Source of the DNA: Elusimicrobiota bacterium
GTDB lineage: Bacteria > Elusimicrobiota > Elusimicrobia > UBA1565 > UBA9628
DNA: 64,000 nucleotides
Direction of reading: 5' to 3'
Assembly (NCBI GenBank): GCA_030696455.1
Contig: JAUYSH010000039.1
Location: 379-64,378 of the forward strand
The position numbers and the translations under genes are program-made. Position 1 is the stretch's first letter, and each line of letters starts with the position of its first letter. Shown here piece after piece: positions 9,561-21,413 of the stretch. The notes under the pieces are model-generated. The model made no database searches. It was not told the DNA's origin and worked only from the letters and a program-made list of their open reading frames with translations.

Positions 9561-10006
9561 GATTTGGAAGCCTCGAATCCCTGCATGACGGTGTTCCAGC
9601 CCAAGGTCGCGCACTTGACCCGCAGCGGGAACTTGCGCACGCCCTCGAGGCTCGCGAGCTGCTCGAGCTCCGGGGGCAGGGACGCCGCGTCTCCGTTCTC
9701 GAGCATGAGCTTCTTGAACGCGCCGACGAGCGCCTTCGCCTTGGGGATGTCGGCGCCCTCGAGCGCCTCGGCCATCATCGCCGCGCTCGCCTGGCTGATC
9801 ACGCAGCCGTGACCGGCGTAGCGGAGCTTCGCCACCTTGCCGTCCTTCAGCTCGGCCGTGATCTCGAGCTCGTCGCCGCACACGGGGTTGATGCCGTGCG
9901 CGCGCAGGTCCGCCGGGTCGCACTTGCCCTTGCGGGTGCTGGACCGGAAATAATCGAGAAGAACCTCGCGATAGAGATCCTGCAGCTCCGCGTCGCCTTC
10001 CATCAC
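9557..10006 (-). CDS. sufU: SufU/IscU-like Fe-S scaffold (sulfur acceptor)
   Basis: NPVCGDELEI, GHGCVISQASASMM-like, RVKCATLGWN motifs. Confidence 0.85.
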   Translation of the reverse strand: MMEGDAELQDLYREVLLDYFRSSTRKGKCDPADLRAHGINPVCGDELEITAELKDGKVAKLRYAGHGCVISQASAAMMAEALEGADIPKAKALVGAFKKLMLENGDAASLPPELEQLASLEGVRKFPLRVKCATLGWNTVMQGFEASKS

Positions 10007-11253
10007 CGCACCCCCGCTTTCGGCGTGACCTTGAAAAAATCGAGCGTGCGCTTGAGCGCGCGCGCGAAGGCCTCGACGTCCGACTCGTCATTATAGAGAT
10101 AAAAGCTGGCCCGCGCCGTGCCGCCGCACTGGAGCTTGTGCATCAGGGGCTGGCAGCAGTGATGGCCGACCCGGACCGCCACGCCTTCCAGGTCGAAGGC
10201 GGTGCCCACGTCGTGGGGATGCAGGCCGGGCACGTTGAAGGAGACCACGCCGGAGCGCTTGGCGGGATCCGTCGGCCCGAGGACCGTCATGCCTTCGGCC
10301 GCGAGGATCGCGCGCGTCTTCTCGGCGAGCGCGTGCTCGTGCGCGGAGATGTCGTCGAGGCCGACGGCCGTCAGGTAGTCGAGCGCCGGGCCGAACGCGG
10401 CCTGGTCGGCGAAGTTCGGCGTGCCCGCCTCGAACTTGTAGGGGAGCGCGTTCCAGGCGGACTTCTCGAGCGTCACGCGGGAGATCATGTCGCCGCCGCC
10501 GAGGAAGGGGTCCATCGCCTCAAGCAGCTCCTCGCGGCCCCACAGGACGCCGATCCCGGTCGGCCCCAGCATCTTGTGGGCGGAGAAGGAGACGAAGTCC
10601 GCGCCCCAGGTCTTGAGGTCCATCGGTTTGTGGGGAGCCCACTGGCAAGCATCCACATGTATCGTTGCCGTTGCCGCTTTGCCCAGCTTGATGAGCTCAA
10701 GGACCGGGTTGACGGTCCCGATGGCGTTCGACAAAGCGGTGAAGGTGAATAATTTCGGTCCCTCGGCCAGCAGCGCCTTGACCTTCTCCAGATCAAGGGT
10801 GCCGTCCGGCTCGACCGGCACGAACTTGAGGACGATCCCCCGCTCCGCCGCCAAAAGCTGCCAAGGGACGATGTTCGAGTGGTGCTCCATCTCGGTGGAC
10901 AGAACGATGTCGCCGGCCTTCAGGAATTTCCTGGCCCAGGCGTGCGCCACCAGATTGATCGACTCGGTCGCGTTGCGCGTGAAGATCAAGGTCTCGGCCT
11001 TTTCCGAGCCGACGAATTTGGCGAGTTTCGTCCGAGTCGCCTCGGCCATGTTGGTCGATTCCTCGGAAAGGGTGTGGACTCCCCGGTGCACGTTGGCGTT
11101 GTGGTTCTCGTAGAAGTCGGTCAGGTATTTGATGACTTGCCGCGGCTTCTGCGTGGTCGCCGCGTTGTCGAGGTAGGCCAGGGGCTTGCCGCGCACGAGG
11201 CGCTTCAAGATCGGGAAGTCTTCGCGGAGCTTCTTCGCGTTCAGGCCGGCCAT
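10003..11253 (-). CDS. sufS: cysteine desulfurase, SufS subfamily
   Basis: PLP-lysine motif SFSAHKMLGPTGIGVL and active-site RVGHHCCQP. 416 aa. Confidence 0.9.
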   Translation of the reverse strand: MAGLNAKKLREDFPILKRLVRGKPLAYLDNAATTQKPRQVIKYLTDFYENHNANVHRGVHTLSEESTNMAEATRTKLAKFVGSEKAETLIFTRNATESINLVAHAWARKFLKAGDIVLSTEMEHHSNIVPWQLLAAERGIVLKFVPVEPDGTLDLEKVKALLAEGPKLFTFTALSNAIGTVNPVLELIKLGKAATATIHVDACQWAPHKPMDLKTWGADFVSFSAHKMLGPTGIGVLWGREELLEAMDPFLGGGDMISRVTLEKSAWNALPYKFEAGTPNFADQAAFGPALDYLTAVGLDDISAHEHALAEKTRAILAAEGMTVLGPTDPAKRSGVVSFNVPGLHPHDVGTAFDLEGVAVRVGHHCCQPLMHKLQCGGTARASFYLYNDESDVEAFARALKRTLDFFKVTPKAGVR

Positions 11254-11254
11254 A

Positions 11255-12423
11255 TCAAAGGTTCCCCTCGGGCATGCGCCCGTGCAGCGCGTCGGCGAGC
11301 GCCAGCTTCAGCGGCTCGAGCGCGACCCGGTCCACCATCTCGGAGCCGAAGGCGTAGACGAGCAGACGCCGGGCCTCGTCGGCGCCGATCCCGCGCGAGC
11401 GGAGATAGAACAGGGCCTCGAGCGAAAGCTGGCCCACGGCGCCGCCGTGCTTGCAGGATACATCATCGGCGAGGATCTTGAACTCGGGATTGGTGTTCAC
11501 TCGGGCCTCCTCCGAAAGGAGGAGGTTCTTGTTGTAGACCTGGGCGTCGGTCTTCTGCGCGCCGGGCTTGACGGAGATCAGGCCGTCGAAGACGTAGCGC
11601 GCCTTGTCGTCGATGACCGCCTTGTAGAGCTGGCGGGTGACGCCGTTGACGGCGGCATGCTCGACGATCGAATGGTGGTCGGCGAACTCTGAGCCGCCGA
11701 GCAGGGCCAGGCCGTTGAGCGCGCACTCCGCGCCTTCGCCCTCGAGCCGGACCCGCAGGTCCTCGCGGGCGAACAGGCCGCCGAAGTTCAGGGCGTGGGA
11801 CTCGTAGCGGGCGCGGGAGGCCAAGGTCACCTCGAGGCCGACGGTCAGGCGCCCCTGCGTCCCTTCGCGGACGATGCGGTGATGGCGCAAAAAGGAGCCC
11901 TCACCGAGTTCCACCTGAGACCGGACGTTCTTCCAGGACGGCGCGTCGCCGAAGGACAAGGTCTCCTCGACGAGCTCGGCCGAGGCGCCGGGCTCGAGGA
12001 CGACGACCACTCGAGCCTGGGAGGACTGGGCGGCGGCGGTGGCCTGCGAGATGTGGACGAGATGGATGGGGCGGTCGACGCGCGCGTGGCGCGCGACGCG
12101 GACCACGAAGCCGTCGCGGGCGGCGGAGGCGATCTTAGCGAGAGGCAGGTCGTCGGGGACGAGACGGCCCAGCAGCTCCTCGAGCCCGGAGGCCCGCGCC
12201 AGCGGCTCGACCGTCACGCCGTCGGGGAGCTTGAGCACCGCGTGCTTGGCCTCCCAGCGTCCGTTGACGAGCGCGGCGCGGTGGAACCCGACGGGGCACA
12301 GCACGCGTCCGGCCAGCGGGAGTATGCTCTCCGGCACGCCGGCGGGCTTGAAGTCCGGGCCGGTCAGGGTCGCGGCGGGGGTGTAGCGCCAGCCTTCCTT
12401 CTGGGCGGCGAGGGCTTCGGCGA

Positions 12424-12427
<4 letters not shown>
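11255..12427 (-). CDS. sufD: Fe-S cluster assembly protein SufD
   Basis: SufB/D beta-helix C-terminal region (..DDVSCKHGGAVGQL..EALFYLRSRGI). Position between sufC and sufS. Confidence 0.85.
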
Positions 12428-13176
<749 letters not shown>

Positions 13177-13185
13177 GGGGTTCCT

Positions 13186-14625
<1,440 letters not shown>

Positions 14626-14631
14626 AGCGTC

Positions 14632-14660
14632 AGTATACCATTCCTGACCTTTTTAGTCAA
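14632..14660 (-). promoter_or_regulatory. putative sigma70-type promoter of the suf operon (TTGACT-17-TATACT)
   Basis: On the minus strand, TTGACT (14660-14655), a 17-nt spacer, then TATACT (14637-14632). The -10 ends 6 nt before the sufB GTG. Confidence 0.5.
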
Positions 14661-14705
14661 GAATGGGGTCTGGACGAGAATCTGTCTTCCTGCTATAACC
14701 ACCTC

Positions 14706-15596
14706 ATGACCTCCGTTCCCTGTCCCCGTTGCGGCATGCTCGTCGAGCTGGAGCAGGAGGTTTGCTCCCATTGCCGCACCCCCCGCGACGACATGGAGAT
14801 GGAGGAGGGCCGGGCGCTCGTCCGCAACGAGGAGCTTCGGCGGAAGCGCAGGCCCAAGCGCATCGCCGCCGGCGTCGGCGCAGTCGCCCTGCTCGGATCG
14901 ATCTGGCTGCTTCGAGGAGTTTGGACGCCTCCCTTGATCGACTCCTGGAACCGATTCCAAGCCGAGGTCGAGAAAACCCGGCAACCGAGCCACTGGCTCA
15001 AAGGTCAGCCCGCCCTGACGGCCGCGGCCCCGCCGGTCACGATTCAGCCTTCTCGAACCGCCGTTCCCATCGCCGTATCGTCCTTCGTCTACCTCAATCA
15101 GTCGGGCGCTCCGCCGGCCCCCCAAGCCACCCCCGCCCCTGCGGAGCCCTCGTCCGAGGCGCCTCCGCCGCCTCCGCCCCTCGGGCATTCCCCTCCGCCG
15201 CCTTCCCGTCAGTTGGGGCCGGGGGAGATGCGCGTGCAGGGGTTCGTCTATGACCTCGCGACCAGTCGGCCGGTCGGGAATACCACCGTCAAGTTCGATG
15301 CGCCGGCCATCCATTCAGAATGGACGGCGCTGACCGACTCGGCCGGACGGTACGAGGTGTACCTGTTCAAGAGTCACGACCATCCCGTCACCGTCATGAT
15401 CGAGGCGCCGGGCTATCGAAAAGGCCTGCTCGAGGACCGGGACCCGCCCTTTCGCGACCGCTCGCAGCAGTCGCGGAAAGATTTCATCGCGGAAACGGTC
15501 GACAGCGATCTCGAAGCCGTTCCGTTGCGGCACAGGGAAAGCGAGAGGATCGTACGCCTCGATCTCGTCCTCGTCCCCTTGGCGGAAAAAAAGTGA
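14706..15596 (+). CDS. zinc-ribbon / single-TM / CarboxypepD_reg-like domain protein (paralogue 1)
   Basis: CPRCG..N10..CSHC zinc ribbon, TM IAAGVGAVALLGSIWLL, Pro-rich linker, then VQGFVYDLATSRPVGNTTVKF...TDSAGRYEV. Confidence 0.6.
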   Translation: MTSVPCPRCGMLVELEQEVCSHCRTPRDDMEMEEGRALVRNEELRRKRRPKRIAAGVGAVALLGSIWLLRGVWTPPLIDSWNRFQAEVEKTRQPSHWLKGQPALTAAAPPVTIQPSRTAVPIAVSSFVYLNQSGAPPAPQATPAPAEPSSEAPPPPPPLGHSPPPPSRQLGPGEMRVQGFVYDLATSRPVGNTTVKFDAPAIHSEWTALTDSAGRYEVYLFKSHDHPVTVMIEAPGYRKGLLEDRDPPFRDRSQQSRKDFIAETVDSDLEAVPLRHRESERIVRLDLVLVPLAEKK

Positions 15597-15597
15597 T

Positions 15598-16458
15598 ATG
15601 ACCGAAAAAGACTCCCTCCCCTGCCCCGGCTGCCATACCGCTCTTCCTCCGGAGGCGACCGGCTGCCAGATCTGCATGCGTCCGCGCACCCGTCAGGAGA
15701 TCATGCGCGGGTACGCCAAGCTCCGCGACGACAAGGCGCGCAAGCGCCGCCGGCCCTTCCAGATCCTCGCGGCGCTGCTCCTCCTGGGCGGGGCCGGCTG
15801 GCTCGTCAAAGAGCGCGGGAGCGAGCTGAAGGCCCCGCTCTCCTCGGGAGCCGCGGCCGTCGGCCGCTGGGCCGACGACATGCGAAACCCGTCCAATTAC
15901 GCCTCACGCAAGGAGCCGGAACCCGCCCCGAAGGCGGAGCCGTCCGAGCCTGGAGGCCCGGTCGCGCCTGAAAGCGCACTGCGCTCCCAGCTCTTTCCCG
16001 ACGACTACGCGCGGTCGGCTCCATCCGAGGGCGGCCCCGGCGGGGCTCCCGCGGGGAAACCGGCGGCCCAAAAACCGCTGAAGAAGAACGCCTGGCGCGT
16101 GTCGGGAACGGTTTACGACCTCGCGACCCTCGAACCCGTCGCGGGCGCGAAGGTCGTTTTCCTCCGCGACGAGAAGGAGCTCGTCGAGGAGACGACCGAC
16201 GACGCCGGCGCGTACGCGGCCGATCTCTCCAACGGCGGCGGCTGGACCGTGGCCCTCCAGGCCCCCAACCGCCGCCGCGGACAGATCCTCGATCTCGACC
16301 CGTCGTACCGCGTCCGCGACGACGACGAGCGCCGGGCCGTCTACGACAATGTCAGCGTCGGGGATCTCGCCCCCGCCCCGGTCGAGTGGAGCGCCTCGAC
16401 CGTGAAAACGAGGCTGGACCTCTTCGCCGTGCCGCACCACTGGACTCGCCGCCCCTGA
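15598..16458 (+). CDS. zinc-ribbon / single-TM / CarboxypepD_reg-like domain protein (paralogue 2)
   Basis: CPGC..N10..CQIC, TM ILAALLLLGGAGWLV, then VSGTVYDLATLEPVAGAKVVF...TDDAGAYAA. Starts 1 nt after the paralogue 1 stop. Confidence 0.6.
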   Translation: MTEKDSLPCPGCHTALPPEATGCQICMRPRTRQEIMRGYAKLRDDKARKRRRPFQILAALLLLGGAGWLVKERGSELKAPLSSGAAAVGRWADDMRNPSNYASRKEPEPAPKAEPSEPGGPVAPESALRSQLFPDDYARSAPSEGGPGGAPAGKPAAQKPLKKNAWRVSGTVYDLATLEPVAGAKVVFLRDEKELVEETTDDAGAYAADLSNGGGWTVALQAPNRRRGQILDLDPSYRVRDDDERRAVYDNVSVGDLAPAPVEWSASTVKTRLDLFAVPHHWTRRP

Positions 16459-16490
16459 CGTCCTCGCGCGGGATTTGGTACGTTCTCCCG

Positions 16491-17663
16491 GTGCTGAAAT
16501 CCCTTGCCCTGCGGGCGGCGCTATGCGCCGCCTCGCTGTGCGCCGCCCCCCCGGCCTTCGCTCAGGGCTCCTCCTCGACCCAAACCTACGCCTCGGTGAG
16601 CGAGTTCCGGGGAGTGCACTTCTCGGGCTGGGCCGCCGGCTCGACGAAGGCTCGACGGCGCTTCATCGCCGACATGACCGGCGCCGGCTTCAACGCGGTC
16701 GTCGTCGCGCTGAAGGACTACGACGGCAAGATGTTCGTGCGAGACGTTCCTTTGGCCGCCGAGACGCGCGCCTACGTCAACGCCATCCCGGACCTTCCCG
16801 GGATGGTCAAGGACTTCGAGGACGCCGGCATCTACACGATCGCCCGGATCGCGATCTTCAAGGACGACCACCTCGCGCGCGCGCGCCCGGATCTCGCCGT
16901 GCACTTCCCCGACGGGCGCATCTGGACCAACGACCAGGGCACGGCCTGGGTGGATCCCTATAAGAAGGAAGTCTGGAACTACGTCATCGACATCGCCTCG
17001 CGCGCCGCGGCCGCGGGCTTCGACGAGATCCAGTTCGACTTCATCCGCTTCCCCTCCGACGGCAAGACCCGCCAGTGCCGCTACTCGCGCGCGGATCACT
17101 CTCCCGCGACGGCGGCCGCGGCCCTGCGCGAGCTGCTGACGCTCGCCGGCGCTCGCCTGCGGCCCCTAGGGGTCAAGCTGTCGATCGACACTTTCGGCCT
17201 GACCGCGAGCGTCGACGACGGCATGGGCATCGGCCAGACCCTGGGGCAGATGGCGGACCTCGTCGATTTCGTCTCCCCGATGATGTATCCCTCGCACTAC
17301 GCCCGCGGCGAGTACGGGCTCAAGAGCCCGAACCACGCGCCGTACGAAACGGTGCGCCGCGGCACCCGGGACGCGCTGGCCCGGCTCGGGAACCGGCCGG
17401 CCGCCCTGCGCCCGTTCCTGCAGGACTTCACGATGGGGGTGCGCTACACCCCCGCCCACGTGCGCTCCCAGATCCTCGCCGTGGAGGAGCTCGGGGTCCG
17501 CGGCTGGATCCTCTGGAACGCCCAGAACCGCTATTCCTGGTCGGTCCTCCAGGCCGGCCCCGTCATCAAGCTGCCCCCGGAGGCGACGAGGCCTCCGAAG
17601 AAGAAGCCCGTCCCGGCGCCCGCCGCGCCGGTGAACTCGCCGGAAACTGTGGAGACCCCATGA
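16491..17663 (+). CDS. secreted putative glycoside hydrolase (DUF4015-like TIM-barrel)
   Basis: Signal peptide VLKSLALRAALCAASLCAAPPAFAQ. FRGVHFSGW...GFNAVVV.LKD..G pattern as in DUF4015 proteins. GTG 16491 chosen. Confidence 0.55.
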   Translation: MLKSLALRAALCAASLCAAPPAFAQGSSSTQTYASVSEFRGVHFSGWAAGSTKARRRFIADMTGAGFNAVVVALKDYDGKMFVRDVPLAAETRAYVNAIPDLPGMVKDFEDAGIYTIARIAIFKDDHLARARPDLAVHFPDGRIWTNDQGTAWVDPYKKEVWNYVIDIASRAAAAGFDEIQFDFIRFPSDGKTRQCRYSRADHSPATAAAALRELLTLAGARLRPLGVKLSIDTFGLTASVDDGMGIGQTLGQMADLVDFVSPMMYPSHYARGEYGLKSPNHAPYETVRRGTRDALARLGNRPAALRPFLQDFTMGVRYTPAHVRSQILAVEELGVRGWILWNAQNRYSWSVLQAGPVIKLPPEATRPPKKKPVPAPAAPVNSPETVETP

Positions 17664-20572
17664 CCATGCTCGCGCCCCTGCTTCTCGCCGCCGCGCTCGC
17701 CGTTCCCGCCGCCGCGAAGCCCAAGGCCGCCGCCCTGCCGGCGACGTCGGTGCCCCTGGTGCGGGAGATCCCCCGAGCCGACGACGCCATGGCGGTCACG
17801 ATCCACCGGCTGGCCAACGGGCTGACCGTCTACCTGAGCCCGAACAAAGGAGAGCCGCGCGTCTCGGCGCACATCGCGGTGCGCGCCGGCTCCAAGAACG
17901 ATCCCAGCGACAGCACGGGCATGGCCCACTACCTCGAGCACATGCTCTTCAAAGGCACCGGCCGCCTCGGGACGCTCGACTACGAGAAGGAGCGCCCCCA
18001 CCTCGAGCGCATCCGCGCGCTGTACGAAGACCTCTTCAAGACCAAGGACGAAGAGGGCCGGGCCAAGATCTACAAGGCCATCGACGCCGCCAACATCGCG
18101 GCTTCCTCGAGCGCGGTCCCCAACGAGTTCGATCGCTTCTACCGGAGCATCGGCGCCGAGGGCCTCAACGCCTACACCTCCGACGAGCAGACCGTCTACG
18201 TCGTGAGCATACCCGCCAACCGCCTCGAGCCCTGGGCCGCGGTCGAGGCCGAGCGCTTCAAGAACCCGGTCTTCCGCCTGTTCCAGACCGAGATCGAGAC
18301 CGTGTACGAGGAGAAGAACCGCTCGCTCGACAACGCGGAGCGCATACTCGGCGACGAGCTCGAGAACCGGCTCTACAAGAAGCATCCTTACGGCCAGCAG
18401 CCCACGCTCGGCAGCATCGAGCATCTGAAGAACCCGTCGCTGGCGAAGATGTACGCGTTCTACGAGCGCTGGTACTCGCCCAACAACATGGCGATCGCCC
18501 TGTCCGGCGACTTCGATCGCGCCAAGACGCTCGAGCTCATCAAGAGGCATTTCGGCGCCTGGACCCCGCGCCCGCTGCCCGCGCTTCCGAATTGGGAGCT
18601 GCCCCGGCCCAAGGGCGCGGAGACCTACGAGGTCAAGTACGAGGCCGAGCAGAAGGTCGCGATGGCCTGGCTCACCGTGCCGCACTCCCATCCGGACGCC
18701 GACGCGCTCTCCGTCATGGACATGATCGTCGACAACTCGGCGGCCGGGCTGTTCAACCTGCGCCTCAACCAGGCCCAGAAGGTCAAGGCCGCCGGCTCCT
18801 ACCCGTCGATGCGCAACGACGCGGGCTCCTGGAACGCGTGGGCCTTGCCCAAGAAGGGCCAGACGCCGGAGGAGGCCGCCGCCCTGCTGCTCGAGGCGGT
18901 GTCGGCGCTCAAGGCGGGCGACTTCAGCGAAGAGGACGTCGCCGCGGTCATCACCAACTTCGAGCTCGGCGAGAAGTCCCGCCTCGAGTCCAACGAGGCG
19001 CGTGTCGGCATGATGACCGCGTCGTTCGTCTCCGTGGAGGACTGGGAGCGCACGGTCACGCAGCTCGACCGCATCCGCAAGGTCACGAAGGCCGACGTCG
19101 TGCGGGTGGCCAACGAGTACCTGGGCCCGGACCGGATCGTCGTCTACCGCCGCGACGCCAAGGTCGAGCCGCCGAAGATCTCCAAGCCCTCCTTCACGCG
19201 CGTTGCGATCGACCCCTCCCGGGAGTCGTCGTTCATGACGGAGATCCTCGCGATCCCGGCGCCGCCGCTGGAGCCGCGCTGGCTCGTCTCCGGCCGCGAC
19301 TATCAGATCGCGCCCATCGACGGCGGCCGCCTGTATTCGACGAAGAACCCCTACAACGACCTGTTCGCGCTCTCGTTCTACTACGAGCGCGGCTCGCGCG
19401 CCGAGCGCGAGCTGTGCGCGGCCGTCGACCTGCTCACCTTGGCCGGCGCCGGCCCGCTATCCGCCGATGAGTTCAAGAAGAAGCTGTTCGCCCTGGGCTC
19501 GTCCCTGTCCTACTCCTGCGGCGAGCAGGACACGTCGGTCCACCTCACCGGCCTCGACCGCAACCTCTGGCCGTCGCTCGAGCTGATGGCGCAGCGCTTC
19601 GACTGGCCCGCGATCGAGCCCGGGACGCTGCAGAAGATGATCGACGTCGAGCTCGGCGCGCGCGAGGACGAGAAGAAGGATCCCGGCTCGGTGCATTACG
19701 CCCTGGGCCAGCTCGCGTCGCGGGGCCGCGACAGCAGCGTGCTCAAGCGCCTGACCAACGCCGAGCTCAAGGCGCTCGGCGAGCCTCGCCTTAAGAGCCT
19801 CATCCGGGACTTCATGCTCTATCCCTCGCGCGTCGCCTACGTGGGAAACCGCTCCCCGCGCGAGATCGGCAAGCTGCTGGAGACGGGCCGCCGCCTGCGC
19901 GCGGCGCCCGCGCGCGTGCCCTACCGCCTGCTGCGCCCGTCCTCCCCTCGCGTGCTGTTCACCCACCGCGACATGGTGCAGGCCCAGGTCGGGCTGTTCG
20001 CCGCCGACGAGATATTCAACAACGAGCGTGTCGTCGACTACGACTTCTACTCCCAGTACATGGGCGGCGACATGAGCGCGGTGATCTTCCAGGAGGTGCG
20101 CGAGTCGCGGGCCCTGGCCTATTCCGCCTCCGGAGGGCACACCGTGATCTCCAAGAAGGGCGACGACACCCAGCTCTGGGGCCGCCTCGGCTGCCAGGCC
20201 GACAAGACCCCGGAGGCCGTGAAGCTGATGATCAGCCTGTTCCAGGAATTCCCCGCCTCGGAGAAGCGCTTCCGGGAGACGGCCAAGTCCATCGAGGAAT
20301 CCTACCGCACCAGCCCGGTGCGCTTCCGCTCGATCCCGGCGACCGTCATCGGCTGGGAGGACCAGGGCCTCGCGGGCGGCGATCCGGGGCCGAAGCGCTT
20401 CGAGCGCTCCGTCGGCTATACCCTGCCGGAGCTGCGGTCCTTCGCCGAGCGCTTCAAGACGAAGCCGCTGAGCATCTGGATCCTCGGCCACCGCGACCGG
20501 GTGGGCCTGGACGAGCTCAAGACCCTCGGCGCCTTCGAGGAGAAGCCCCTCGACGCGCTGTTCCCTTACTGA
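17660..20572 (+). CDS. M16-family (pitrilysin/insulinase-like) zinc peptidase, double-length
   Basis: Signal peptide MTMLAPLLLAAALAVPAAA. Inverted zinc motif HYLEHMLFKGT. About 970 aa, with two M16 halves. ATG 17660 overlaps the upstream stop (ATGA). Confidence 0.85.
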   Translation: MTMLAPLLLAAALAVPAAAKPKAAALPATSVPLVREIPRADDAMAVTIHRLANGLTVYLSPNKGEPRVSAHIAVRAGSKNDPSDSTGMAHYLEHMLFKGTGRLGTLDYEKERPHLERIRALYEDLFKTKDEEGRAKIYKAIDAANIAASSSAVPNEFDRFYRSIGAEGLNAYTSDEQTVYVVSIPANRLEPWAAVEAERFKNPVFRLFQTEIETVYEEKNRSLDNAERILGDELENRLYKKHPYGQQPTLGSIEHLKNPSLAKMYAFYERWYSPNNMAIALSGDFDRAKTLELIKRHFGAWTPRPLPALPNWELPRPKGAETYEVKYEAEQKVAMAWLTVPHSHPDADALSVMDMIVDNSAAGLFNLRLNQAQKVKAAGSYPSMRNDAGSWNAWALPKKGQTPEEAAALLLEAVSALKAGDFSEEDVAAVITNFELGEKSRLESNEARVGMMTASFVSVEDWERTVTQLDRIRKVTKADVVRVANEYLGPDRIVVYRRDAKVEPPKISKPSFTRVAIDPSRESSFMTEILAIPAPPLEPRWLVSGRDYQIAPIDGGRLYSTKNPYNDLFALSFYYERGSRAERELCAAVDLLTLAGAGPLSADEFKKKLFALGSSLSYSCGEQDTSVHLTGLDRNLWPSLELMAQRFDWPAIEPGTLQKMIDVELGAREDEKKDPGSVHYALGQLASRGRDSSVLKRLTNAELKALGEPRLKSLIRDFMLYPSRVAYVGNRSPREIGKLLETGRRLRAAPARVPYRLLRPSSPRVLFTHRDMVQAQVGLFAADEIFNNERVVDYDFYSQYMGGDMSAVIFQEVRESRALAYSASGGHTVISKKGDDTQLWGRLGCQADKTPEAVKLMISLFQEFPASEKRFRETAKSIEESYRTSPVRFRSIPATVIGWEDQGLAGGDPGPKRFERSVGYTLPELRSFAERFKTKPLSIWILGHRDRVGLDELKTLGAFEEKPLDALFPY

Positions 20573-21324
20573 GCGGTTTTTGCCGTCGCGGAGGCGTTTT
20601 TCATCGCCTCATCGAGCTCCTTGAGCAGCTTGGCTCGCTGGTCCTCGGGCAGGCCCGAGGCCTCCAGCTGGCGGCGCAGGTCCGCCATCTTGCCGTCGGC
20701 GTCATCGGCCATCTTGCCCGCCGCGTTCACGGCGGCTCCGCCCTTGTTCCCCTTGAAGTTGTAGACCGGGCCCGCCGCGCGGCCCATCAGCTCGTTGCGG
20801 CTGGTCACGCCATAATGCACCGACGAGGCCACCGCGCCTTCGCCAGCCGCGACCTCCAGCTTCGGGGCCGGGGCTTTCCTGCCGGGCAAATCCGCGGCCT
20901 CCTTGGCCGGGACCGTGTTCTTCACCACCGCTTCGGCCGATGAGCTTCCTTTCTCGAGCTCCAGATGCCGGGTGACCTCGAGCGCCGGCGTCCTCGCGCC
21001 CGGCGCTGATTCTGGCGACGCGGCGGCGGCATCGGCGGAAGCGGAGGCCGAGACGCCCCCGGCCGGCTCCTCCTCGATCTCGCCGATCAGCGGCGCGGGC
21101 GACTCCGCCCGTCGCTCCTTCTGAACCGAGGGGCGGCCCATCGAAGGCGCGGGCATCGCGGCGCCGAGGTCGATGGGCGCGGCAGCCGGGGCCGGCTTCG
21201 CCGCGGAATTCGCCCGATGGGAGGAATGGAGCATCAGCCCGCCGCCGCCGACGGCCATGACGGCGATGAATCCGAGAAGGCCCGCGCCCAACGCCTGATA
21301 ATTGGACTTGCTCTGCTCGCTCAT
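20566..21324 (-). CDS. hypothetical membrane-anchored, low-complexity protein
   Basis: Start MSEQSKSNYQ followed by TM ALGAGLLGFIAVMAVGGGGLML. Ala/Pro-rich. No family recognised. Confidence 0.45.
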   Translation of the reverse strand: MSEQSKSNYQALGAGLLGFIAVMAVGGGGLMLHSSHRANSAAKPAPAAAPIDLGAAMPAPSMGRPSVQKERRAESPAPLIGEIEEEPAGGVSASASADAAAASPESAPGARTPALEVTRHLELEKGSSSAEAVVKNTVPAKEAADLPGRKAPAPKLEVAAGEGAVASSVHYGVTSRNELMGRAAGPVYNFKGNKGGAAVNAAGKMADDADGKMADLRRQLEASGLPEDQRAKLLKELDEAMKNASATAKTAQ

Positions 21325-21413
21325 GACATCCTCCGAAGACCCTTCAAGTGTAGACCCGCAGGCCCGCGGAATCAAGAGGGGCGGCCCAGTTTTCACCCGA
21401 TTTTTACCCGCTT

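Noticed and set aside
17075-17659. N-terminal ~195 codons of the 1165-aa ORF (M16 peptidase). Likewise the first ~380 codons of ORF 24682-26370 (def).
   Set aside because: The extensions overlap well-supported genes (DUF4015 hydrolase; proB) in other frames and have junk-like composition. Internal starts give a clean signal peptide (17660) and the canonical Def N-terminus (25828).
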